From: an uncultured Spirochaetota bacterium
GTDB lineage: Bacteria; Spirochaetota; Spirochaetia; SZUA-6; Fen-1364
Direction of reading: 5' to 3'
DNA: 64,000 nt
Assembly: GCA_963734545.1 (NCBI GenBank)
Contig: CAVTHO010000004.1
Location: 384,001-448,000 of the forward strand
The translations under genes and the position numbers were made by a program. The notes under the pieces were generated by a model, which worked only from the letters and a program-made list of their open reading frames with translations, did not search any database and was not told where the DNA came from. Of the stretch, positions 11,042 to 20,780 are shown one piece after another (the first letter of the stretch is position 1; each line of letters begins with the position of its first letter).

Positions 11042-12058
11042 TCAACCGCGCCGCAACAGGAACCCGCCCCCCTGCCCCCCTCCCTCGCCGCCCTCATCCT
11101 CTGCCGGCCCGGGCGGGGCGCTGGCCAGGTCCCCGATCTTCACCTTCTGCGCGTCGAACTTCGCCGCCGCCGCCATCATGGCATCCAGCGCCGCATCGGC
11201 GCTCATGGCAGCCCCTCGGCGGAAGCGAAGCGGATTGAGCCGCGCCACGACGAATGCCTTCAGATAGGGGCTCGTGAATCCCCGTTCCTTCAGGGCAGCC
11301 ACCGCCTTGGCGACCATGTCGTCCAGGGCCAGGAGCTTCTCTGCACGTCCCTCCCGTGCCTGCAGGGCCTCCGGCAGGGGCGAATCGAGGAAAGCTTCCA
11401 CGCGCCGGAGAACCGGATGGTAGGCGCCTCCGCTCAGGCGGCCGCGCTTCTCGTAGGCCAATCCGAGGGTGAGATAGTCAGGCTCTTCGAACTCGAGCGC
11501 GAAATCCTTCTCGGGCCGCGGGTCGAGCTCCGCCAGGGAACGGGCCATGCGGATGACCTCCAGCGACTTCTCCCGCAGATTGTGTCCCTTCTCCGTGTTC
11601 ATGGCGAGGATCTGGTATGCCACGGAGATCTCGGGAACAATCACCGCGAGGATGGAGCGGGCGCCGAGCTTCCGCATGGCAGAGAGCCTGTGGTGGCCGT
11701 TGGGAGTCCAGAATTCCCCTTCCGCCGTGCGTACCGCAATGATGGGATCCAGGAACCGACCCATGCGCCCGATGACATCACCGAGCCTCTCCACGTGGGT
11801 CTTCGAAATGTCGCGCTGAAACGGCGTCGGTCCCACCTTCTCGATGGGGAGGCTCGCAACGAGATGCCAGTGCCCTCCCACCGGATCCCGATAGCTCCCG
11901 ACCACTCCCCCGCCGCTCTCCCGGATGGCCTGCCCCAGGCCCTCGATCTCCGCGGGCGGCGTATCACCGGTCACGTCGGGAGCGGTCAATCCCTTGATCG
12001 ACGCTGCCCCCTTCTTTCGGCGCGGCGTGGCTGATTTCTTTGCAGCCTTCTTGGCCAT
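11042..12058 (-). CDS. ParB/Srx N-terminal domain protein (orphan, no parA)
   Basis: PTPFQRD and FLDPII...TPNGHHRLSA (GxxR box II-like), N.E. Confidence 0.8.
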   Translation of the reverse strand: MAKKAAKKSATPRRKKGAASIKGLTAPDVTGDTPPAEIEGLGQAIRESGGGVVGSYRDPVGGHWHLVASLPIEKVGPTPFQRDISKTHVERLGDVIGRMGRFLDPIIAVRTAEGEFWTPNGHHRLSAMRKLGARSILAVIVPEISVAYQILAMNTEKGHNLREKSLEVIRMARSLAELDPRPEKDFALEFEEPDYLTLGLAYEKRGRLSGGAYHPVLRRVEAFLDSPLPEALQAREGRAEKLLALDDMVAKAVAALKERGFTSPYLKAFVVARLNPLRFRRGAAMSADAALDAMMAAAAKFDAQKVKIGDLASAPPGPAEDEGGEGGGQGGGFLLRRG

Positions 12059-12159
12059 GACGCCCCCCTTCGAGGCAAGCCTATCATGCGCGGAGCATCA
12101 GCGGCGAGAGGCGCGGTGGCGCGCGGGGACAGTCTCCCGAGCTGCGTCGGGGTCCCTGC

Positions 12160-12663
12160 TCAAAACGCCCGCTCGTCCGCCGAAGGACCGTAGATCGATG
12201 GAACGGGCAGATTGTTGAGGCGCATGTAGACGGTCAACTGGCCCCGGTGATGGATGAGGTGGTTGATCGTCGGCCCTATGTTGTCCTTCTTTGGCATGGT
12301 CACGAGCACCTGTCCGTTGTTCTTGAGATGGAAAGGCTCCTCGAGCGCTTCATCCGAGATGTGCAGCAGGGCATTCCTGGCCTTCTCGAGGTTCTCGTCG
12401 AAATGGTGCACCAGCTCAGCCGTGGTCTTCGCCTTGAAATGATCGAACTTCGCGAAGTCGATCTCCGATGTCTCGACCATCTGCCGGATCCACAGGGGAA
12501 TCTCGGCAACCAGCAGGGAGAGATAGCCCAGCGGCATCGACTTCTCGTGCGGCTTCCAGCCAAACAGGCTCTCGGGAATTCTCTCCAGGCATTTCCGACA
12601 GGCGGTAGATTCCGCCTCCAATTCATTCAGGAACATCTTTCCCAGTGTGTTTTTGACCTTCAT
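12160..12663 (-). CDS. DinB family protein
   Basis: WKPHEKSMPLG and NHLIHHRGQLTVYMRL..VPSIYGPS motifs. Confidence 0.9.
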   Translation of the reverse strand: MKVKNTLGKMFLNELEAESTACRKCLERIPESLFGWKPHEKSMPLGYLSLLVAEIPLWIRQMVETSEIDFAKFDHFKAKTTAELVHHFDENLEKARNALLHISDEALEEPFHLKNNGQVLVTMPKKDNIGPTINHLIHHRGQLTVYMRLNNLPVPSIYGPSADERAF

Positions 12664-12760
12664 GGGGAACAAGATAATGATTGAAAGGCGGGAAAGGGAA
12701 CCGCGCACGCCCGGCTGGCACTTGACGGCCGCGCGCCTGAAGGCAAGAATCGGAAGGTCT

Positions 12761-13121
12761 ATGGAGTTCAAACGACTTTTTACACCTCAGGAGGCAGAGA
12801 GCGCCCTGCCCCTCGTGCGGCAGATCGTGGCCGATATTCTCGAGACAGCCCGCAGGATCCGGGAGCTGGATGAGAACGAGCGGTGACCTTCCCCGCCTGC
12901 AGGCCGAGCTGGAGGAGCACCTCATGGAGCTCGAAGGCGTGGGATGCTTTTTCAAGGACTGGAACTTCTCGGTCGGTCTTGTCGACTTCCCTGCCGTGAT
13001 CGACGGAGAGACGGTATTCCTGTGCTGGCGAAGCGACGAGAGCGAGCTTGCCTGGTATCACCCGATCGAGCAGGGCTATCAAGGGCGCAAGCCGCTGCCC
13101 CGCGCATCCCTCGTCGAGTGA
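12761..13121 (+). pseudogene. DUF2203 family protein, frameshifted near 12885
   Basis: MEFKRLFTPQEAESALPLVRQIVADI in one frame; KDWNFSVGLVDFPAVIDGETVFLCWRSDE...WYHPIEQGYQGRKPL in another. Confidence 0.75.
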
Positions 13122-13131
13122 CGTGGGAACC

Positions 13132-15624
13132 ATGATCCTCGTCGTCAGTATCCTCGCCGCTACGGCGCTCCTCTCCGGTCAGCTCACCGCGTACATGGTC
13201 TTCCGCAGCCGAGGCTCGCGCAGCGCCGTTTTCATGGCCCTCATCATGGGCGCAACCGCCTGGTGGGCCGCGTGGAATGCGCTGGAATACCTGGCCCCTG
13301 GACTCCCGGTCAAGCTCGTCTTCGCGAACCTGGAGTACCTGGCAATATCCGCCATCCCTGTCCTCTGGTTCGCCCTCGGATCCTCGCTCGAACAGAGCGA
13401 GCGCGGCGTCGCCGCCAGGCGGCCCCCCCTGGTGATATGGATCGTCCCCGCTGTCACGGCCGCCCTGGTCTGGACCGACCCTTCCCTGGGTTTCGTCCGC
13501 CACTCGTTCCGCCTGGAGGCAGCGTCCGGCTTCTCGGTGATCGCCAAGGAGTTCGGGCCATGGTTCTGGGTGCATTCCGCCTATTCCTATATCTTCATCA
13601 TCGTGGGCACCGTGCTCATCCTCAAGGCGCTGCACGCAAGCCGCGGCACCCGGCGAGCCCAGCGGATCACGCTGATCATCGGCACCCTCCTCCCCGTGGC
13701 AGCGAACCTCAGCTACCTGACGGGGACATTCCCCGTTGAGAGGATCGATCCGACTCCCCTCGCTTTTTCGCTGACGGGGCTCCTGGCCGTGCTCAATCTC
13801 ACTCGATTCCGCTTTCTCGCTCTCGTGACCACCGCGCAGGCGACCGCCATCGAGCAGCTCCGCAATGCGGTCCTTGTTCTCGACCGGGACGGGCACCTCG
13901 CGTATGCGAACGACGCAGCCCGCAGCTCCTTCGCAACCGGCGAAAAAGACGTCGGCAAGAAGCTGGTCGATATGGGTCCCCCTTTTGCCGATCTGCCGTT
14001 GGCCCGCGGAGCCGGGAGTGCCGCGCGCACCGAGGATCCCGTGCTGCCTCACGCCGGGCTTCTGTATGAGACGCGCACCGGTGACATCGTGAGGCGCGGG
14101 AGACGCATCGGCTCCGTGGTGACGTTCTTCGACGTGACGCGCCGCGCGGCCGCCGAGGAGGAGCTGAAAAAGGCCAATCTCCTCCTGGAGCAGAGGATAG
14201 CGGAAAGGACCCGTGCCCTGGAGGAAAGCAATCTCAAGCTCACGGAGGAGCTCGAGCATCGCAAGCGCGCGGAGCGGCAGCTCTCCCACGACGTTCTCCA
14301 TGACGTCCTGACAGGCATGGCCAACCGCAGCCTGGCGCTGAGCCGGATCGAGCAGCTCGTCCTGCGCAGCCATCGCGATCCCGCGATGTCCTACGCGATT
14401 CTCCACCTGGATTTCGACGGGTTCAAGACGATCAATGACAGGTTCGGTCACAGCGCGGGAGACTCGTTCCTGTGCGAGGTGGCCTCACGGTTGAAGCGGA
14501 GCGTGCGGGAGGTCGACCTGGCAGCCCGGGTGGGAGGGGACGAGTTCGTCGTTCTCCTGGACGGATTCGTCACCGCCCAGAACCTTGAAGAGATCACGGA
14601 TCGTGTCGTCGACAATCTCTGCCTCCCCATCTATTTCGGATCGAGCGCGGTGGTCCCGTCGGCAAGCATCGGCATCGTCATTGGCCGGCCCGACTACAAG
14701 GATCCGCAGGCAATCCTGCATGACGCGGAAATCGCCATGCACAAGGCCAAATCCTCGGGCAGAAACCTGCGGGTGGTCTTCTCGGAAGAAATGCGTCTCC
14801 AGGTGGACGAGCGCAACCTCCTGTCGGCGTCTCTGCGGACCGCTATCGCCTCCGGCGGAATCTCCCTGGCGTTTCAGCCGATCGTCCGCATGGACGGCTC
14901 GATTGCCGGCTGGGAAGTGCTGGCACGCTGGAAACACGAGCGCCTGGGCCCCATCGGTCCGGACCGGTTCATACCGATCGCCGAAGAGTCCGGCCTGATC
15001 ATTCCGTTGGGCGCCTACATTCTCATAGAGACCTTGAAAATCGCCGCCGACCTCCGCGGCGAAGGCCTTCTGGATGACGGCAGGGGGGGAGTGATGTTCT
15101 TTGCCGTCAACGTCTCCGCCATCCAGTTCGGACAGCGGGACTTCGCGGAGTTCGTCCTCTCCACCATGGATCGGCTGGAGCTCCCGCGCGCAATGCTCCA
15201 TCTGGAGCTCACCGAGAGCGCCATCATGGAAGACCGTGACGTCGCGACGCATGTCATAGAACAGCTCTCCGCCGAGGGGATCAATTTCAAGCTGGATGAT
15301 TTCGGCACGGGGTATTCTTCACTCGGATATCTCCACAGGATCCCCATCAACTGCGTGAAGATCGACCGCAGCTTTATTTCGAGAATGGATCTCCTGCAGG
15401 CAGACCAGACTTCAGCAGGGATCGTGCGCGGCATGATCTCGCTCTCCCACGAGCTGCGCAAGACGGTCGTGGCGGAGGGGATCGAGACGGAAGCGCAGTC
15501 GCGGATGCTTCGGGAATGCGGATGCGATTTTGCGCAGGGGTACTACTTCGCAAGGCCCATGGACAAGACCGCGCTGTTTGAATCACTGCGCAAGACAAAA
15601 GATCACGAACGGATCGGGCCGTAA
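13132..15624 (+). CDS. Membrane diguanylate cyclase/phosphodiesterase (HisKA_7TM-like N-terminus, PAS, GGDEF, EAL)
   Basis: About 7 hydrophobic segments; HDVLTGMANR; RVGGDEF; WEVLARW; DDFGTGYSS; VAEGIET; QGYYF. Confidence 0.93.
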   Translation: MILVVSILAATALLSGQLTAYMVFRSRGSRSAVFMALIMGATAWWAAWNALEYLAPGLPVKLVFANLEYLAISAIPVLWFALGSSLEQSERGVAARRPPLVIWIVPAVTAALVWTDPSLGFVRHSFRLEAASGFSVIAKEFGPWFWVHSAYSYIFIIVGTVLILKALHASRGTRRAQRITLIIGTLLPVAANLSYLTGTFPVERIDPTPLAFSLTGLLAVLNLTRFRFLALVTTAQATAIEQLRNAVLVLDRDGHLAYANDAARSSFATGEKDVGKKLVDMGPPFADLPLARGAGSAARTEDPVLPHAGLLYETRTGDIVRRGRRIGSVVTFFDVTRRAAAEEELKKANLLLEQRIAERTRALEESNLKLTEELEHRKRAERQLSHDVLHDVLTGMANRSLALSRIEQLVLRSHRDPAMSYAILHLDFDGFKTINDRFGHSAGDSFLCEVASRLKRSVREVDLAARVGGDEFVVLLDGFVTAQNLEEITDRVVDNLCLPIYFGSSAVVPSASIGIVIGRPDYKDPQAILHDAEIAMHKAKSSGRNLRVVFSEEMRLQVDERNLLSASLRTAIASGGISLAFQPIVRMDGSIAGWEVLARWKHERLGPIGPDRFIPIAEESGLIIPLGAYILIETLKIAADLRGEGLLDDGRGGVMFFAVNVSAIQFGQRDFAEFVLSTMDRLELPRAMLHLELTESAIMEDRDVATHVIEQLSAEGINFKLDDFGTGYSSLGYLHRIPINCVKIDRSFISRMDLLQADQTSAGIVRGMISLSHELRKTVVAEGIETEAQSRMLRECGCDFAQGYYFARPMDKTALFESLRKTKDHERIGP

Positions 15625-16241
15625 GCGGCAAGGAACGCGCGCACCCCGGCCTCCGCAAATTTCTCGAGCTCTTCCGGCGTGAAGGTTCCGCCGAACATGG
15701 TCTTGTCCAGCGGCATCATCACGATCAGTCCGGCAAAATGCATGGCTGCAATTTCCGCATCATCCAGCCTGAGGAGACCCCGCTCAGCGAGGCGCCGGAA
15801 TGCGGCTGCCAGCGCAGAGACCGTGCGCCCGGGCGCCTGCGCGTAGTAGGTGCGGGCAATCTCGGGAAATCGGGCAGATTCCATGACCACGAGCCTTCGA
15901 AGCTGAATCACCTGGGGGCTGAAGACGGTGGTGACATAGCGGGATGCAATCTCGCGAAGGTCCTCCTCCAGATGTTCCGTCCTCTGCAGCATGGGGGTAA
16001 TGGTCTCGATGAACTGTGCGGCGCGCGCGGTAGTGCTGGCGATCAGCCCGGTGAAAAGCCTCTCCTTGTCCGCGAAATGCTTGTAGATTGTCTGCTTGGA
16101 GACCCCGGCCTGGGCCGCGATTTCATCCATGCTGGTGGCCAGGTATCCCTTGCTGAGGAAAAGAGCTGCCGCCGCCTCGGTGATCACGCCGGCGCTTGCC
16201 AGCCTGCCTGCCCTCTTTTTCTTCGGAGCTGAAGAAGTCAT
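15603..16241 (-). CDS. TetR/AcrR regulator
   Basis: LFLSKGYLATSMDEIAAQAGVSKQTIYKHFADKERLF. Confidence 0.93.
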   Translation of the reverse strand: MTSSAPKKKRAGRLASAGVITEAAAALFLSKGYLATSMDEIAAQAGVSKQTIYKHFADKERLFTGLIASTTARAAQFIETITPMLQRTEHLEEDLREIASRYVTTVFSPQVIQLRRLVVMESARFPEIARTYYAQAPGRTVSALAAAFRRLAERGLLRLDDAEIAAMHFAGLIVMMPLDKTMFGGTFTPEELEKFAEAGVRAFLAAYGPIRS

Positions 16242-16283
16242 TTCAGGCGCCCTCCCCTCTGTCTCAAAAAATGTATCAAAATA

Positions 16284-16346
16284 GTACTGGACGGTCCAGT
16301 ACCAAGATGTATATCTTCCATCAGATTACAGTACTGGACCGTCCAG
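16284..16346. promoter_or_regulatory. Two palindromic TetR operator candidates
   Basis: GTACTGGAC-G-GTCCAGTAC (16284-16302, perfect) and GTACTGGAC-C-GTCCAG (16331-16346) between the divergent tetR and DUF998 genes. Confidence 0.85.
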
Positions 16347-16371
16347 ATCTAAGCTATCAGGAGAGGGCGGA

Positions 16372-16449
16372 GGCGACGGATGGAGCTACATCTTGAGCGA
16401 TCTGAAGACGCTCCTGGAAACCGGCAAGTCATTGCGCCAAGGCGCATAG
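16372..16449 (+). pseudogene. 3' remnant of an SRPBCC/START (AHSA1-like) gene
   Basis: Translates GDGWSYILSDLKTLLETGKSLRQGA*, the typical SRPBCC C-terminal helix (GW..ILS.LK.LLETG); no in-frame ATG immediately upstream. Confidence 0.7.
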
Positions 16450-16459
16450 GGGGAGAGAG

Positions 16460-17104
16460 ATGAACACAAAGGGAACGAACATCCTGCTCGGCTGCGGGCT
16501 CGTAGCAGGCCCGCTGTGGGTGGTTGTGGTCCTCATACAGATGATTGTGCGCCCGGGGTTCGACATCACCCGGCATGCGGCCAGCGTGTTGAGCCTGGGC
16601 GACCTTGGATGGATTCAGATCACCAACTTCATCCTGTCCGGAGCGCTCGTCATTGCCGGCGCAGTCGGGATGCGGCGGGCCCTGCATCCGGGACGGGCGG
16701 GAACCTGGGGGCCGATCCTGATCGGCCTCTACGGGTTGGGTCTCATAGCCGCAGGAATCTTCCCCCCTGACCCGATGAACGGGTTCCCCCCGGGCACAGC
16801 GGATGTTCCCGGGCAGATGAGCGGGCACGGCCTCCTTCACTTTGTCGCAGCCGCGGCAGGGTTTCTTTCTCTCATCGCGGCGTCCTGTTTTGTATTTGCC
16901 CGCAGATTCGCAGGGCTGAAGCAGCGGGGATGGGTTGCGTACTCGATCGCGACCGGAGCGCTCTTCTTCGTCACCTGGGCGGCGCTGGGGGCCACGGGTT
17001 CCCGCATCGGATGGATCGCGGTGCTCTTTGCCGTGGCCGTGGTCTTCGGCTGGACCTGGATCACAGTGGTGGCGGCCCGGCTGATGCGGTCAGAACGGCG
17101 ATAA
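16460..17104 (+). CDS. DUF998 membrane protein
   Basis: RPGFDITRHAASVLSLGDLGWIQITNF and AGIFPPDP..GFPPG. Confidence 0.85.
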   Translation: MNTKGTNILLGCGLVAGPLWVVVVLIQMIVRPGFDITRHAASVLSLGDLGWIQITNFILSGALVIAGAVGMRRALHPGRAGTWGPILIGLYGLGLIAAGIFPPDPMNGFPPGTADVPGQMSGHGLLHFVAAAAGFLSLIAASCFVFARRFAGLKQRGWVAYSIATGALFFVTWAALGATGSRIGWIAVLFAVAVVFGWTWITVVAARLMRSERR

Positions 17105-17136
17105 TTGGACGCCTCCAATCGGCAGTCGACCCCGCC

Positions 17137-18060
17137 TTACTTCGCGCCCTGGCGCTCTGGAGCTGCCCGCGGACTCCCCTCTCCTCCCCTGGTGAGCAGG
17201 CCATTGAGGGCGAGCCCCCCCAGCACGACGAATGTGCCGACGAGTCTCCTCGCGTCAAAAGCTCCCTCCGTCACAGCATCGATGAGGACTCCGGTGAGCG
17301 CCTGGCCGGAAAACAGGAGCAGGGTCGCAGAAAAGGCCGGCATACGCGGGAAGATGAGGTTCACGGCCGATACCACAGCGACACCCATGAGCCCGCCGCC
17401 GAGGGCGAGGAAGGGACCTGCGGTCACGACCGCGTGCGCCGCCAGTGCTGCCGGCGGCCGGACCGCGGCGACAATCACGAGAGTCGTCGCAAGACCGACC
17501 AGGTAGTTGGCGCGCGTGCTCCGCAGTATGCCCTTCCTTCGGCCGAGCTCGGAATTGAGGACGAAGGTGAGGCCGGGGAGCACGCCCGACGCAAGAGCGG
17601 CAAGCATGGCAGGCACGCTCGAGCCTCCGCTCCGCGCGGCCGTTCCCATTATCGCCACCCCCGCGATGGCCAGGCCTATGCCCGGCAGCCGGCGCGCAGA
17701 CAGGGGATACCTGGCGCGTCCCAGGAAGCCGGTTGCATCCACTGCCGCGGAGAAGAGGGTCTGGCCGAGCAGCGCAAGGGCCACGGCCAGTGAGGCGCCG
17801 AGAGCGTTGAAAGCATAGATACTGGAGAACACGGTACCGACGCCGACGAAACCGCCGAGGTAATAGTACACGGGAAGGCGCCCCTGCCCGAGGCCCCCTT
17901 TCTCCCGCTTCACGAGCAGGACTGCAGAGACCGCCGCGAGTCCCGCCATGTGAATGACGAGAGTGGCGACAAGGTTGCCGGTGATGCCCGCAAGCCGGCT
18001 GTTGACGCCGGACATGAGAGTGATGAGAGCGCCGACCAGAGGCATGAGAGCGCTGTACAT
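17137..18060 (-). CDS. DMT-superfamily transporter (duplicated DUF606-like)
   Basis: Two hydrophobic halves, each with NSxL, LGG..GV and GQ...D motifs. Confidence 0.8.
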   Translation of the reverse strand: MYSALMPLVGALITLMSGVNSRLAGITGNLVATLVIHMAGLAAVSAVLLVKREKGGLGQGRLPVYYYLGGFVGVGTVFSSIYAFNALGASLAVALALLGQTLFSAAVDATGFLGRARYPLSARRLPGIGLAIAGVAIMGTAARSGGSSVPAMLAALASGVLPGLTFVLNSELGRRKGILRSTRANYLVGLATTLVIVAAVRPPAALAAHAVVTAGPFLALGGGLMGVAVVSAVNLIFPRMPAFSATLLLFSGQALTGVLIDAVTEGAFDARRLVGTFVVLGGLALNGLLTRGGEGSPRAAPERQGAK

Positions 18061-18152
18061 GTGCGGGCCTCCCTTCCCCTGCGTCGAGTATCCCGTCATA
18101 CTCGAGAATGCAATAGGACATATGTCCCATTGGCGCAGAAAGGGAGCGTCCC

Positions 18153-18854
18153 ATGGACTCGGTGCGCAGCTACGTACGTCGCCATTCCCTGGACAGCCTT
18201 CTGTCCGGGGACCTTCTCGAGGCGCTGCAGCCGCTGCGTCGAAAGCCTGGCGAGCTCATCATCAGGGCAGGGGATCCGGTCCGGGATCTTCTGTTCTTCG
18301 TCGAAGGCCGGATCAAGATCTACAGCGTCCTGGAAAACGGCCAGAGCCTTCTCGCGGCCATTTACAGGCCTTTCGACGTTCTGGGCGAGGTGGAGCTCTT
18401 CGCCTCCCGGCACTATACCCTGAGCGTCGAGGCGCTCACGGAGACGATCTGCCTCGGCCTCCCGGTCGCGGCAATACGGAAGAGCGCAGACCGCAACTAT
18501 CGCCTCTTCATGTACCTCTGCGGCCGACTGGGCGCCAAGCTCAAGGACCGGATCATCGCCGAGTCGATCAACCTGCGCTATCCGGTGGAGAATCGCCTCG
18601 CGAGCTACCTCCTTGCCTCGACGGACGGCGAGGGCTGGATCCTGGGCACCGACGATCTCGGGGAGCTCGCGGATTTTCTCGGGGCAAGCTATCGCCAGCT
18701 CGGCCGCGTCGTGCGCCGGTTTCGAGCCGCCGGCATCCTGGACCGCACGAGGGGCCGGATCCGCGTCCAGGACAGGGCGAGGCTCGCGCCTCTCGCTCGC
18801 GACCTGTACGTCCGATCCGACAGCCAGATCAAGCCAGGGGCTTTCTCGAAGTAG
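18153..18854 (+). CDS. Crp/Fnr family regulator, divergent from the DMT gene
   Basis: cNMP-like domain (LGEVELF), YPVENRLASYLL, HTH LADFLGASYRQLGR. Confidence 0.85.
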   Translation: MDSVRSYVRRHSLDSLLSGDLLEALQPLRRKPGELIIRAGDPVRDLLFFVEGRIKIYSVLENGQSLLAAIYRPFDVLGEVELFASRHYTLSVEALTETICLGLPVAAIRKSADRNYRLFMYLCGRLGAKLKDRIIAESINLRYPVENRLASYLLASTDGEGWILGTDDLGELADFLGASYRQLGRVVRRFRAAGILDRTRGRIRVQDRARLAPLARDLYVRSDSQIKPGAFSK

Positions 18855-19016
18855 CTCCTCCACTATGCTGTTGTCCATGCCGAATATTTTCTCAACCGGG
18901 CGCGGGGGAAGTCCGGCGGTGTTGAATACTGAAGACGCGTGAAGCTCCGCCGATTTTCCCACTGTTGCACGGATCCATTCGGCGGTATTCTGCTGAAAAC
19001 AAGGGAGTAAAACTGT

Positions 19017-20054
19017 ATGAGACGCGTTGCGGCAATTCTTATCGTGCTGTTCCTGGCGTGTCCCCTCCTCTTCGTCTCGTTTGTCACCATCGCCGTGAGC
19101 ACTTGGACCCTGGACCGCCACTTCTACCTCTCGCTTCTCGATGACGAGCGGCTTTTCCAGGTCCCTGACGCCGTGAGCTCGGCATCCTGGTCGGAGTCGG
19201 TCATCGAGGGCTCCGGTGGCCTCCAATGGAAGTCCGTCGGCAGGGCGGCCGGGGCTGTCCTGACCCCGGAGTACCTGCGGGGCCAGACGGCCCGGGTGGT
19301 GAACCAGGCGTTCGACTATTTCGACGGCAGGAGCCGAAGGTTCGACATCTCCATCGACACGACGCCGGTCAAGAAAGCGCTGCAGGGTGATGCCGGCAGG
19401 AAGTTCGCCCGGCTCCTTGCGGAGGATCTCCCTGTCAGCGGAAGCGCCGCTGGCTTCAAGCTGAAACCCGGAAGGCTTCCGGTCTCACGGCCCGCGAGCG
19501 TGCCAGTTGACCGCGCGGCAGCGATCATTCTGGCAGGGCTTCCGTCATTCATGAGCACGATCCCGGATACCGTCCGGCTCAGCGACGATCCGTGGGCCGG
19601 CGGTCCGAGGTTCCCTCTCTTCGGGGCACTCCTGGCGTCATGCATCATCCTGCTCGTGATCGCCGGCGGATTCCTGACGGCAGCGGCATTCGTCGGTGGG
19701 GAGACGGGATTCGAGCGGCTGCAGTGGTTCGGCTGGTCCCTCCTCGCGCCGGCTGCCGGCGTGCTCCTGATGGGGCTCCTGGTCACGCTGGGCTCGTTCA
19801 CACCCTTGATGCGCGGGGCCATCGAAAGCGGGCAGCTTCAGCCTCTTGGTTTCAGCGCGTCCTTCATCTCCGCCCTCATTGACGCCGCTCGCCACGTCCT
19901 CACCCGCGTGGGTATCGGATTCCTTGCCACGGGCGGCATCGGCGCAGGGATCTCACTGGGGCTGCTGGCGTGGAGCTGGTCGATCCCGCGCGATGAAAGG
20001 AAGAAAGCGGCCGCGCCCCAAACTGAAGAACAGGGAACGGTTCCCGGCGCCTGA
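19017..20054 (+). CDS. Hypothetical membrane protein
   Basis: 345-aa ORF with an N-terminal TM helix, a soluble loop and about three C-terminal TM helices. Confidence 0.65.
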   Translation: MRRVAAILIVLFLACPLLFVSFVTIAVSTWTLDRHFYLSLLDDERLFQVPDAVSSASWSESVIEGSGGLQWKSVGRAAGAVLTPEYLRGQTARVVNQAFDYFDGRSRRFDISIDTTPVKKALQGDAGRKFARLLAEDLPVSGSAAGFKLKPGRLPVSRPASVPVDRAAAIILAGLPSFMSTIPDTVRLSDDPWAGGPRFPLFGALLASCIILLVIAGGFLTAAAFVGGETGFERLQWFGWSLLAPAAGVLLMGLLVTLGSFTPLMRGAIESGQLQPLGFSASFISALIDAARHVLTRVGIGFLATGGIGAGISLGLLAWSWSIPRDERKKAAAPQTEEQGTVPGA

Positions 20055-20083
20055 ACGCGTGAATACCGACCCGGCGGGCGCAG

Positions 20084-20757
20084 CTACCTGCCGTACGCCT
20101 TTTGCAGCGCCTTGATGTCGAGCTTCTCCATCTTCAGTATCGCTGCCATGACCTTGTTCGACCGGGCCGGGTCCTTGTCGGTGATCATGGCGGCAAGCGC
20201 AGAGGGGACGATCTGCCAGGAGACGCCATACCTGTCCCGGACCCAGCCGCACTGCTCTTTCTGCCCGCCCTCGGAAAGCTTGTCCCACAGCTCATCGATT
20301 TCCTTCTGCGTATCGCAGTTGATATAGAACGAGATGCCGGGCGTGAACGTGAAATCGTGTTCCCCGTTGCTGTCCATGGCCATGAACTCCTGGCCGCCCA
20401 GGGAGAACCTGGCGTGCATGACGGTTCCCTCGGGCTCGCCCTGGCCCGGGCCGTAGCGCTCGACCTGCTCGATGCGGGAGCTCCCCAGCAGGGAGACATA
20501 GTGCTTGATTGCCTCCTCGGTCTTTCCATGCTGCTTCCCGACAAACATGAGGAACGGGGTGATCTTCTTTGCTCCGCCGGTTAGATTGAGCTGCCGAGCT
20601 GGAAGGAGACGGTGAGCACGGTCCCCTTGGGCGCAGGACCCGAATCTCCGTAGTAGGCTTTGGCCGCGATTTTCGAACTGTCAAAGAGCGATGTATAGAA
20701 CTTTGCGGCTTCCTCGGCCTGGGTGTCGAACCACAGGAACGGAACGATCTTCTGCAT
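20084..20757 (-). pseudogene. Two-domain VOC/PhnB-like protein with an out-of-frame internal deletion; domain 2 (20084-20548) may still be translated
   Basis: [21 protein letters not shown]...TVSFQL joins out of frame to [17 protein letters not shown]...CGWVRDRYGVSWQIVP. Confidence 0.75.
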
Positions 20758-20780
20758 ACAGCCCCTCCTTCACTTCTCGC

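Noticed and set aside
11042-12058. Plasmid or chromosome partition locus
   Set aside because: No parA, rep gene or recognisable parS nearby
12952-14451. Long ORFs overlapping real genes (e.g. 12952-14451, 25919-27547, 6515-7771, 34963-36126, 52345-53622)
   Set aside because: Antisense to well-supported genes in high-GC DNA; no recognisable motifs
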